64,000 nt of DNA from the human T2T-CHM13v2.0 reference genome, Homo sapiens. The notes under the pieces are model-generated. The model ran no database searches. It saw only the letters and a list, made by a program, of their open reading frames with translations, and had not been told where the DNA came from. Below, piece after piece: positions 33,400 to 45,700 of this stretch. Every line of letters begins with the position of its first letter. Position 1 is the stretch's first letter. Made by a program: the position numbers and the translations under genes. The stretch is taken from the NCBI RefSeq assembly GCF_009914755.1, contig NC_060930.1; one strand, written 5' to 3'.

Positions 33400-34340
33400 T
33401 GGGATCAATGTGGCAGTATCTATTAAAGTTGAAAATGCAAACATTCATAAACCAACAATTCTGCTTCTATGCATATATTCTAGAGAAACACTTGCATATG
33501 TGCAAAGGACACAGATACAAGTATACTCAAGGCAGTACTATTAGCAAGAGCAAAAATCTGGGGAAAGTTTTTCTATCTATCAATAAGAAAATGATTAAAC
33601 AAATTGTATATTTACAAAATGACATGTATAGCAATTAAGGTGAATGAACCAGATCATTACATACCAATATGGACTGATCTCAAAAGCATTATATTGAGAC
33701 GAAGAAACAAGTTACATAGTGATATAACTTATTTAAACTTTTAAAATGCACAAAAAAATACTGGCGTTGTTTTTGCATTATTGAATATGTAAAAAGTATT
33801 TAAAATAAGAAATTCCGAAGGATAAGATATAGAACAATTCTATCACGAAAGAGAAGAAAATGCAACTATAGATTGGATACTAAGGGATCTTCAATTGTTT
33901 CAGAAATGTTTTGTTAAATTAAAATTAAAAATATTTGTGGTGCCAGGTGCAGAGGCTCATGTATGTAATCCCAGCACTTTGGGAGGCCAAGGCAGGCAGA
34001 TTTCTTGAGCTCAGGAGTTCTAGACCAGCCTGGCTAACACAGAGAAACCCTGTATGTACTCAAAGTACAAAAAAATTAGCCAGGTGTGGTGGCTCATGCC
34101 TGTAATCCCAGCTACTGAGGTTACTGAGACAGGAGAATAGCTTGAACCCGAGAGGCAGAAGTCACAGTGAGTCGAGATCACACCACTGGACTCCAGCTTG
34201 GGTGACAGAGCAAGGCTCCATCTCTAAAAACAAACAAAAAAAAATTGTGGCAAATGAAATGTCAACATTTGTTATTTTTTATTATTTCTGGATAGTGTTA
34301 AACATTGGTGTTTGTTATAATATTCCCTGCCCTTTAGTTT
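33400..34340 (+). mobile_element. L1ME-like 3' fragment (split by an Alu)
   Basis: caatgtggcagtatctattaaagttgaaaatgc..caattctgcttcta..ctagagaaacacttgcatatgtgc..atctcaaaagcatt. Confidence 0.7.
33941..34244 (+). mobile_element. Alu (AluSz/Jb-like)
   Basis: Full dimer with cttgagctcaggagttc; A-rich tail; flanks share aaa..ttgtgg. Confidence 0.92.
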
Positions 34341-34344
34341 AAAA

Positions 34345-34420
34345 TTTTATGTTTTTTTATTTTTATGTATTTTATTTTATTATTATTATACTTTAAGTTT
34401 TAGGGTACATGTGCACAATG
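34345..34420 (-). mobile_element. L1PA (L1PA4-like) extreme 3' end plus decayed poly(A)
   Basis: ttattattatactttaagttttagggtacatgtgcacaatg preceded by a T-rich tail. Confidence 0.9.
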
Positions 34421-34862
<442 letters not shown>

Positions 34863-36840
34863 TGAATATATATTGAGCATCTTCTATGCATTATGATTCA
34901 GGAGGCTTAAAACCTCCTTTGCTAAATATACATGTAGACAAATAACATGAGATACAATCACTTAAATGCTCCAGCAGAAGAGGCTGACTCCACGCTGTGT
35001 GTGTGGTGAGGAGGTGTCAAAGGGTAGATTTAATATCACTGGGTATTCAGGAAGGCTTCTGAGAGGTGGAGAGCCTTCTCATTTGTGTCACATGTGTGTG
35101 TAGGATTTAGTGACATCCCATTTGCCGTCAGGTTAGGTATTCTAGGAAAAAAAACCAGGGACCAGAGATACGAAACTGCATAGTGCACTCAGAAAACAAT
35201 AAGACATTATGCCTAGAATCAGCAGAGGAGACAATTTCTAGGACAGGATGTTAATGTCAAATGTTTTATGACTTTAAGATGGATGATATCTCAGCTTATG
35301 ATCTCCAAGGAAGCAGCTTCAGTCTACTGATGAGAGAAGAAGCCAGGCTACAAGATGCTGATAAAAGGAGACCTACTTCTTGTTATAGAAGTATGATGGT
35401 AAAGAGAAGGAAAGATGGAATAGTAGCTTTAGGAGTAAGAAAATTGATTCACAAATGTATCTGAAGTTTATTTTCAGATCTGTTACATAATATATGACTT
35501 TCAAATATATAACATACAGACTATCAGGCTTATAATAAGAATGGTTATTTGAGAGCTTTTAATGAAGGAAAGTATGACAGAGTTCTGACTTTTAGCAAAG
35601 GCAAAACATCTACGAACTATCTTGTTATGAATTATACCGTTCATTTCATTTATCACTTATACCCTAATACTATACTGAAAGAAGCTTTCATAAGCAATTC
35701 TATAAGAGTGAAGTTCCATGGTTTGTAGAACAAAAAACACAGGATTTTTAGACAAGGGTATCTTTTTGTTTTTCTCCCTGAATGTGGTTTCCACAGCTTG
35801 AGGAAGAGGAGTCATGTTTTAGTTAACTCTTTTGGGAAGACAAAAAGGGGTGTTAATGAGAATTTTGTCTATAAAGGCCTTATAATACATAATAGGAATA
35901 AACAAAAGACTGGCAGTCCAAGGAAAGTACTGATTCAATTGCATGTTGTGGAGGAGTGCTTGGGTACTTCTGAGATGGCCAGAAATAGAACTGTTCCTCA
36001 AACTTTCTAGGCAGACCAGGTGCTACCCAATACAGGGACTAGGTTTTTCTCTGTGCACAGCTGGCTGTGGGAGGAAGAGTTGCATCCACCCAAGCTGTGA
36101 ATTGAAAGCCAATTTCTTTGAAATTGTCTTAATTTGAATGTATTCTCTTCCTCCTTTCATTCACCAGGTAGCCCTGAGCACTGGATGTTTGTCAGTTTCT
36201 TGAACTACTGAGGGCAACAAGGACCTACCTGACCCATCCTCACATTTATAGTATTTTACATTTTATGAAACACATTCACTTAAGCCTGGCACAGGTATTC
36301 CAGTCTGTTTTACATGGGACACAAAGACTAAAAAGGGTTGAATAAGTTATCTTAACTGCTGAGAGATAGTGGGAGAACTCAGCCCTTAGGGAAGGTTTTC
36401 CTGCTTTATTCTTTCAATTTGGAAGTGCCAATGAGAATTATTTGGGTCCCTCCACCACACTCCCTTTTAGTCCTTTTACCCAGGAAAAAAGAACATACCA
36501 TTCTTGTCAAAGTTGGGAGCACCCCTTGGTTTTATACAAATGGTAAGGTTTCTATGGCCCATGGGCAGAAAAAAAAGCTGTCCATTTTCCTCTTGGACTT
36601 CTAGTTTCTCACAAGATGTATTCTTTCTTTGTCTCTTGTCATAAATGCATCTTGGTGAGTGGAGCAGGCTAGTCATTTCCACCTCCCACTGCAAAGGCTG
36701 TGTGTGTGTGTGACAGTTAAAGGCGTGGGCTGTAGAGTTTATAGCATCTGTATGATTCAACTTTGAATTATAGTTCAGATCCCAAATTTTCACTTACTCT
36801 TCTGAAGTTCTTCTGTTCATGTTTTCTAAATTGTTATGTA

Positions 36841-37147
36841 GGCTGGTGGCGGTGGCTCACACTTGTAATCCCAGTGCTTTGGAAGGCTGAAGCGGGAGGA
36901 TCACCTGAGCCCAGGAATTGAGACCAGGCTGGGCAACATAGCAAGACTTATCTCTATAAAAAACAAAAATTTAGATGGGCATGGTGGCACACCTATAGTC
37001 TCAGCTACTCAGGAGGCTGAAGAGGGAGGTGTTTGAGCCCAGGAGTTTGAGTCTGCAGTAAGCTATGATCGCACCACTGCACTCCAGCCTGGGCAAGAAT
37101 GAGACCCTGTTTCTAAAATATAAATAAATAAATAAATAAATAAATAA
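36841..37147 (+). mobile_element. AluJ with (TAAA)n tail
   Basis: AluJ diagnostics tgagcccagga and gcagtaagctatgatcgc; TSD aaattgttatgt / aaatagttatgt. Confidence 0.92.
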
Positions 37148-37896
37148 AAATAGTTATGTGTAAAAACCCAGATAGGAGCTACCACACACTCTGCAGTAGT
37201 CTTCACAGTGCTGTGCTCCCTGGGGTGTACAAAGGCATTCACCAGAGCAAAGAAAATATAATTAGAGCTTCTCTTTATATTACTTTTTATATAAAATATT
37301 AAGCTTTTCTCTTAATCAATATATGGATCAACACTGGTTCCTGCACTCACTGGCATCGTAGACAGCAAGCCAGGCCCTTGAGACATTCTGAAGGAAAAAT
37401 GGAAGTTTCTCAAAGTGGAGGTGTTGACAATGCTGGTCTTACTCATTTGATTTTAGTGTCTTGTAACAAAGGTATAGCTTACATGCCATTGATTGCCACC
37501 AAGGTAATTATTTTTATAAATAGAAGACCAAGAAATTTTTCTTTTTTAAATACTTTGTAATGAGAAGTGAAGTAACATTGAAATTTCACACAGAGGTTTG
37601 CCATTTATCTTTTGACAAAATATTAAAAACAGTTGTTAAAATTTAAGTTAAATATTTCTATTTTATAAAAAGATACATATTTTAAGTTTGCTAAATTTTT
37701 ATGAAGGAAATGACTTCCAGCAGTATGCTATCTGAAATATATATATATTTATATGTATGTGTATATATATATACACACACATACATTAAATATCTCTCTC
37801 AAAGAAGGGTGAAATTTAAAACATAAGTGAGAAAGTAAAAGGTAATTTTTAAAAAATCTCTCTATTCAGAGAGCATTTCAGAAATGGATATTTAGA

Positions 37897-37957
37897 AGTT
37901 TTCATTGCTTTGTAATTTTATTGCTGAAAGTTTATTGCTTTGTCATTTATTGCTGAA
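37897..37957. repeat. ~30-bp tandem duplication
   Basis: agttttcattgctttgtaattttattgctgaa / agtttattgctttgtcatttattgctgaa. Confidence 0.85.
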
Positions 37958-38295
37958 AATAATGTCACATATAAAATCTCTTGTATCTACAAAATTGGAT
38001 GTACTTACAAAATTGAAAAACTAAATTTTCTCACCTGTTTAAAAATCTTCCAAATGATTTTGTTCAGTGAGTTTGAACCCATTAGTTTAAAAAAAATCAG
38101 AAAATTATCACATTCCAATTTGTTTGTTAAGGGCAACTGATTAATAGCAGAGAAGATGAAAATTTACTATCTGAATTTCAGCAGAAATTTTTGTGTAATT
38201 GGTAGATGAGATTGAAAAATAAGTTTCATGATTTAGTAAACATAGCTAGTATATACTTCTGTTTGAAACTATGTATGTTTTTGAGCTAGCCTTTC

Positions 38296-38610
<315 letters not shown>

Positions 38611-38959
38611 GAGCTAGCCTTTCAACTATGACAGCAAGTAAAATCAAATATTGAAATAAACTGGACTTAAAACCAGACCTTCAAATATCTGAATCACAAA
38701 ATTTAAGCCAAAATCTCACAAAATAAGACATTATCTACTACATTTACTATAAACAATATTGTGGAAGGAGTCAAAAGAGTTTGTCCTATTAATTTAAAAA
38801 GAATATTTAAAGTTATGGTGAATTTAGTCCTTATGTCATGCTTTTAAACGTGTTCTGTAATGTAACAAACACTTAAAATTCTGATTACTTTAGTAGTGTG
38901 TTATGAAGAAGTAAATACACATGTATTGAAGTTGCATGGCTCAAAACCCTTTTACTGTT

Positions 38960-39880
38960 GGGTAAACCAAACAGAAAGCTTCCTCTGTTCTCCTAGAAAA
39001 GACTGTATGCAGACTCTGGTTACATTGGGGATGTGTTCCTGGAAGTGGTAATTCAAATGAGATAATTTCTGTACAGTATTATTATTGTGTAGCCCTGTTG
39101 AGTCTTGCTTCCAGATACCAGTTAGTACTTGTAACTCTTCCAGATACAAAGAGTTAGTAATCACCCTTTCTTCTCCTTAAATCCCTGACGTTGTGATGCA
39201 CTTCCAACTATTTTTTCTTCCAGCTACTAGCCATACATTTGTGGGTGGTTACTCCCAATTACAATAATTGTACAAGGCCATTAGTAATGTTAGACTTCCT
39301 CCAATACCTATGTGGCTGTTGATCTTCACTACATGTTTCTTTGACCATGATCTTGATGGTGCCTCAAACTACTCTAAAATTTGCACCTTAAGTGTACTAT
39401 CATAATCCTCTCTTGTGTCTTAACAGCAGTTTTAGCAGTATTACTTGTCCACCTTTTAATAACCGTATTAAATCAAAAAATTGTTTGCCAATAAAAGAAA
39501 GAAAAGACAGCAACAGGGATACCAGCAGAGAAACAACGTAGGTTATAGAACTCACTCTGTGTAGGATAGACCATAGAGAGTTCACTGGCTAAGTCCATAG
39601 TTCAAGAGAGCACGAACAATCTGCCACTCTATTTTTCACTGACTATAAAAACCCTTTTTATTAACATGTATTCAAAATTAGAAAAGTCAATTGAACTGAT
39701 CCAGCCTGCCACTGAATTGCACTCTTCATACAAAATCCCTTTGACTAAGCTTTACTTCCTGTCCACCCAGAGCAGGGGACAATCCTTCTTACAATCAGCA
39801 GAATAACTCTAGGTTTAGACGCCTCAACTAATCTGTAAGTTTTTTTAGAGTAGGCAGCCATCTTACAGGTCACAGTTTTT
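38960..39880 (-). mobile_element. Possible second Gypsy pol fragment (pre-RT linker and RT N-terminus)
   Basis: Frameshifted minus-strand peptides LLKLLLRHK..LRC..GTIKI..LEEV*HY..LVAGRKNSWKCI..VRDLRRRKGDY..SGSK loosely follow the Gypsy RT N-terminus; weak. Confidence 0.35.
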
Positions 39881-41744
39881 CTTTTTTTTTTTTTAATGCA
39901 TCCCCTACAGTCATAGCTAGAGAGGTTAATTGTATAATAGAGCTTTAAGAGATATTTGTTAAACTGTGTGCTGGAGTGGCTGGTGGAATGAAACAATGAA
40001 GCTTGTAAAGTAGATCACAAATATTGACTCCCAAGTAATGTTATTTTTGGTTTTGAACATGAATGTATCTCACACTTCCATGACACATACGTTTTAAGAA
40101 TACATATTGAATTGTTCTGTGAAAACATAATTCAAATGGACTTGGAAAAAAAAAAAGCTACCTCCATTTCTTACCGTCAGTGCTTTCAAGAGGATTTACC
40201 CTCTCTCATTTCCTCTCAGTGCTGAGGAAAAGAGTTCTCTAAAGCTGAAGCTAGTGTAATTTGAGCAACGCTATCTAAACTCTGTCTGATTTACTGATTT
40301 CTCTGGGAGGAAAGACATTGAGATCTGTCCCTCCTCTTTTTTCCCTACTGCTTCTCCTCACTTTTTTATTAGAGCTTGAATACTTTTGAGAATTTCTGAA
40401 AGATTGCTTTCCTTCCCTTTCAGCTCCTGCCGAAATGCCTAAAGCAACTAAATAAACATCCACTGAAGAAGTCAACAGTGGTTATAAAATATAGACTCCA
40501 AAGTCTATATTTATATGAAATTGGAGTACCCCAGAAAATTTAGTTAGAAGTCATAATAACTGATGCTCTGGACAACATCTTTTTTCTCAGTTCCCCCTGG
40601 TTACCTTTTGGTTTTAAGCACTAGGTCGAGAGGGTTGCAATCAACTCTTGTTTAACCTTGTGGAGGCTCCGGCTCCAAGGGCCCTGGTGCATTTTTTTAT
40701 ACTAATGTAACCCAAATTAAAAAACAAAAATCTCTCAGTGCTTTTTTTTTTTTTTGTCTATTTCCCCATTTTAAAAAAGGTGGGAGATTATCTTCCCTCT
40801 CAGCCTCATCTTTCCTCCAGAGGGCATCAGGTGAAGGGAAGGGGGTTGTATGATTAATGCCCTTGAGTACTAAAGATAGCACATGGCACCTTTATTACAT
40901 TCCCTCTAAAGAAAATACTAATGTGTCTTATCTGTTAAAGAATATTATTTTCTAGACTATTTTTTCCAATTATTTTCAATGTCTATAGATAATCCTGAAT
41001 TTCATTTAAAGAGAGGCAAGAATTGACATATTTTTAGTTAATAGTCTAAACATGTCAATTTAAATAGGGTTCAGAGACCAAGGTTTTTTATTATGCTTTT
41101 TGGGAAGGGAAATTGTGCTGATAAGATTTCAGGAGCCTACGGGAAGAAGGCTGCTTCAGACATGCACATACAGGCTGAGCACTGTTAGTAAATGAAGCCA
41201 AAATGCACTGGAAAGATTTAATAACATTTTTATTAAAAGCAGCAGAAAGAAAATATGCAAAATATGATACACTGAATAAGCCTTTTTCCCCCTCATAAAA
41301 GGATATAAAATGAGAATATGCTGGTGGTATATACTACAAACTTAACTTGGAAATAAATTTTGAGAGTACATTGGCTGGGTTCATTTTAACTCTCATCTGA
41401 AGATACATTTCTCATCATTTCCTTGGTTTCTCACTGTCTTCCTTCTCCCTATCTGTGAAGCACCGTGTTTTCTATGGTTCCCTTGCAAAAATTGATTTGA
41501 AAGGCTCTCTCCAAAGAACATTCCACTACTTTAGAAGAATATGAATTGAGAGTTCATAATAATAATTTTTAAAAATAGTTCTCTACTTGGGAGAGTCCAG
41601 GAACAATTTCTGAGGAAATTGAGATCTTTGGAAATTGGGAGAATTTTTATTGGCTTAATTTAGATAGACCTTAAGTGTTTATGGTTTATTCACATAGTGG
41701 AGGAAGATTGACTTCAGTCTGTATTTGTTCTTTCTCTCTATCTC

Positions 41745-41769
41745 TGTGTGTGTGTGTGTATGTGTGTGC
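41745..41769. repeat. (TG)n microsatellite
   Basis: Read directly. Confidence 0.9.
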
Positions 41770-43354
41770 ACACACCTTATAAGGCAATACTCTGCTATCT
41801 CCCTATGTCCTTAGCTTACTTTGTGTTCCATTACATAATAAGGAATATACCATATGAGTGTGCTCATTTAAATGTGTTTATCTAATTAAAGATAGTAAGT
41901 TCCAAATAATTTTTTTGAATTCTTGAGTGTTGGATATTATATTTGTTTATCTACTTTACTCAACATGCACACAATATATAGTAGCAACACCACGAAGTTT
42001 TTCCAAAGCTACAATTACATATCTCCAGTGAAGTGAGGCTCAGAAGACCTTCTTCACACAGCTCTCAACAAACTGCTGCCCTTATACCAATTGCTCTCTT
42101 TCTTGAACTTGCAAAATCACAGCTGGGTCTCCTTATGAAAAGAGAGCAGATAATAATCGCGCTAAATATGCATTAAATTACTTTGCAAAATGATAGTGGC
42201 ATTCATTATAAATCCTGTGTTTGAGGAGTTTAATCAGCTATTTAAATTTTCATCAGGATGCAAGTCGACATGTGAGTTCTTGGCCAAAGGCATTCTATTT
42301 ACCACATAAATATTTGTTGATTAAGAAAAGCACAGGCCCCTACATTTTCCTAGGGTTTCAGAGGCACACAAGCATTTCTCAGGAGCAATAAATAAAAACA
42401 TGAAATTTTTAAAAATCAAACTTGAATTTTGATACATTGTTTAGTTGGCAACTATGTTTCCTATGAATAATATGCCACTTCATAGTGATTTAATATTAAT
42501 ACTCATTAGGAAATCAAGTTTAGGAAAGTGGAATTGGAGAACATAGAAAATGATAGTAAATTGTATTATAGAAAAGCAGCTAATAAATGCAAAGCAAATG
42601 ATTTGCTGACTATATCACAAGGTTTTATTTTAGTTTCTTCTATGTTAAATCTTGTATACACCAGAGCACTTAAACCAAAATGAAAATGGAGTATTTGAGG
42701 TTATACTATTTTATTTTCCCATTTACCTGTCCTGAATTCCATACAGAGTTTGGACCTACATTGGTTAGCTTCAGAAAACAAAGTTGGTACATTTTCAATC
42801 TGCTGGACTCCAGGAAGGGGATTAAGGGGAAAATGACTTCTGGTCTTCATCACAGCAAGTAATTCATTTATGAAGGCCTGGGTGTCATGCAAGTGCTGGC
42901 AAGAAGAACAGGAGGGAGGGAAGGAGAGGAGAGAAATGAACTGAGATCACCTTGAATTGGCTGGGACTGACTGGTTTTTAGATAACTAAATGAGATTTTA
43001 AAAACTTTTTCCTATAATAGTTTAGCATTCTGAGTGAAGGGTAGGAATAGTGAATGTTTGTAAAAAATATAAATGAGACTGCTTAAGAGGAAAAGGGAGA
43101 AAGAAACACATCTGGATATTGTGGTTTTGCTCTTTGAATGAGAGTTTGTAACACAGTGGATGTTCACATTTTGATTTATTATTACACTTTTAATATCCAC
43201 TATTACTCTGACTGGTATAAAATAATACGATTGGAAAGGACATTAGAAAATTATTTAGACAAATCTCCCATTCCCTTTGCAGGAGACAGTTTAAACTATA
43301 AATGTGCAGCCTCATGAAAGGTATGTGATAATTTTGTGCACTCTGTTGTATCCA

Positions 43355-43495
43355 CCAGAATTGAAGTTCAATAATGAGAAGGACTTTTCTATTCTATTTG
43401 TCACTGTATTTACTCCTTTAACCTAGAATGATATCTAGAACACAGTAGATGCACAACAATTATTTTTTGAATGAGAAGGTGAAGAAATAAATGCA
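43355..43495 (+). mobile_element. L2 3' end
   Basis: tcactgtattt..acctagaatgatatctagaacacagtagatgcacaacaattattttttgaatg. Confidence 0.65.
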
Positions 43496-43665
43496 ATTGT
43501 CCTTAGGAGACTAATGAAATGAAATGGGGGCAAATGGCTTTTTAAGTCAGGAAGTACACTATATTTTCAGGGGTTTTCTCTGAGTAGAGTGAAGCTACAA
43601 ATTGAACTCTTGGGGCTACTTTACCCCTAAGAGAAGGGGTAAAGATGATAGTGCTTTTTAAAGTT

Positions 43666-43672
43666 TGTGTGC

Positions 43673-43711
<39 letters not shown>
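43666..43711. repeat. (GT)n microsatellite
   Basis: Read directly; about 18 perfect units plus an interrupted start. Confidence 0.95.
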
Positions 43712-43712
<1 letters not shown>

Positions 43713-45559
43713 ATCTCTCTCTTCTTCAAAGGTGTTATTACTAGCAGAGATGGATATCTTTATAATTGAAAGGAATTTTAAAAAATGATTGGCAGCCAAT
43801 ACTTTTTAAAATTATTCAGGTATATGGACATTCCCTTGTTTTCTAACTGCAAGTCTTTTAAGGGCATTGGCTAGAAAATTGCCTCTAACAACGAGTGTCA
43901 TTCAAAACCTTGGCTCCAAAAGTCTGAAATGCTGGTCTACCTGCCATTGCTAATCAGGCATATAACCCTCCCCTCCCAGGCAAATATCTTTACTTCACTG
44001 GACCTCAATTTCTCCATCTAAGGATTGCAATTTAGGCTGTTTTGGGAGAGCTCCAAGGTTCTTTCCAGCATAGTAGCCTATGAATTTGCATTCTAAGATC
44101 TACTTTGACTACTGGTTGCAGCTTAGAATATATTATTATGTAATACTTCTGTGCATTTTTAAAGTGTGCCTCCTTCTTCTCTTTGCTCTTAGTTGTCACA
44201 CTTCAATTGACCAAGTGATACCATCATGTCTCTGCCCCTCTCCCACTGGGAAGTTGAGTTGGGTAGAACTTCCATATGGACAATGTTTTGGGCACGCATA
44301 CTGCAATCACTGAGGCCAGCTGGTGAGACAACTTGACTGTGGGATTAATGTCTCTGTCTTTCCAACCAGTGTTAATAGGACTCAGAAGTCAGTCATGTCA
44401 GTCATAACAGTAACAAGAAGTTAGAAGTAAGATATCTCTAAGTTCATACCTCAAAGCAATGAGAGAGATAGGTCCCTCCTTTTCCTGTCTGTCTCTCTCT
44501 GTCTCTCTGTCTCCCTGTCTCTCTCTCTCTTTGTGTGTGTGTGTACTTGAATGGGTGCATGCACGTGAGCCTCCACCAGCACAAAGGAAAAGAAGATATA
44601 GTCCTAAAACAGAAAACCATCAATCCTTTCATAAATATAAACATTCTTATAAGCAAAATGAGAGCAAAATTTTTCAGCACCACAATAGTACCAACTAGTT
44701 CACAAAGCATCTCACTAGTTGTATAGGAAAAAACTAACTTCAAACTCTAGTCTGTACTCTAGGGCAATGAGAAGTCTTGTCTATTCACAATATCTGTAAT
44801 CCTCCTATCCACTTCTATGTACTTCAGGATAATGGCTCTGCTACCAAAATCTTTCCTGATTTTGAGCCTCATTTCCTTTTTCTTTCTTCCATTCATTTGG
44901 TTTTAATCGTACACTTTTAAAGTCTCTTAAAATTTTCTCTTTTCAATGTATTTAATCACTTTTTCTATAAGTACATGAAAGATGATTTTTTTAAAAATCC
45001 ACTCATTTAAATAATTTTAAGTTAATCATACTGATCGTGTTCTCACTCACTCCTTCTCTCTCATAATATTGAGGATTGTGAGATTTCCGTGGCAAGGATT
45101 AAATGTTGATGTGGTTAATCAGAACAGCTGTTTATCTGATATTTGGAAACTCACAGGAGCAATATCCGGTTTTCAAGGTAAATAAATTTACCCCTTTCCC
45201 TCAAAATTGTTGAACATTTTGAATTTTCAAAGTCAATGCCTGCCAGCTCTCCTGGTTCTGTCTTATAAAGTCACCATCATCTGCAAATCTTTATCAATAG
45301 CCCTTGTGCCAGGTTCCTGGAAAATAAAGGGCAAAGAGATTTACGATACGATCTCAGACATCAGGGATAGAGAGATCATAAACATATTTTTAACACTATA
45401 CACTAATAGTATATTCTAAATATTCAACATAAGTGAGGGAAATAAAAATTACTACAGGAGTTAAGAAGTCAAAGCTGGGGCAGATGACTAACTCCCCAGA
45501 AAAGTACAGCAATGGTTTTCCAGGCTTTAAACATGTATCTGGAGATCCAGCTATTTGTG

Positions 45560-45700
45560 AAAGTGGTCCATGCACCCATAAAGGATTCACAGATGGACTT
45601 CATAAACATCAAGAATTTTTTGAAATCACATGGAAATTTTTGTTTTTATGTTCTTATTTTTTTCTGAGGGAGTCTGTTTTTCAGTTTTGTTTATGCCTGA
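45560..45700. mobile_element. MER103C-like hAT-Charlie MITE fragment
   Basis: ggtccatg..ttcacagatggacttca..gaaatcacatggaaattttt..tttttctgagggag. Confidence 0.45.

Noticed and set aside
40600-40690. Minus-strand peptide PQG*TRVDCNPLDL, faintly like a Gypsy protease region
   Set aside because: Too short and lacks a DT/SG catalytic motif; not distinguishable from chance without a search.
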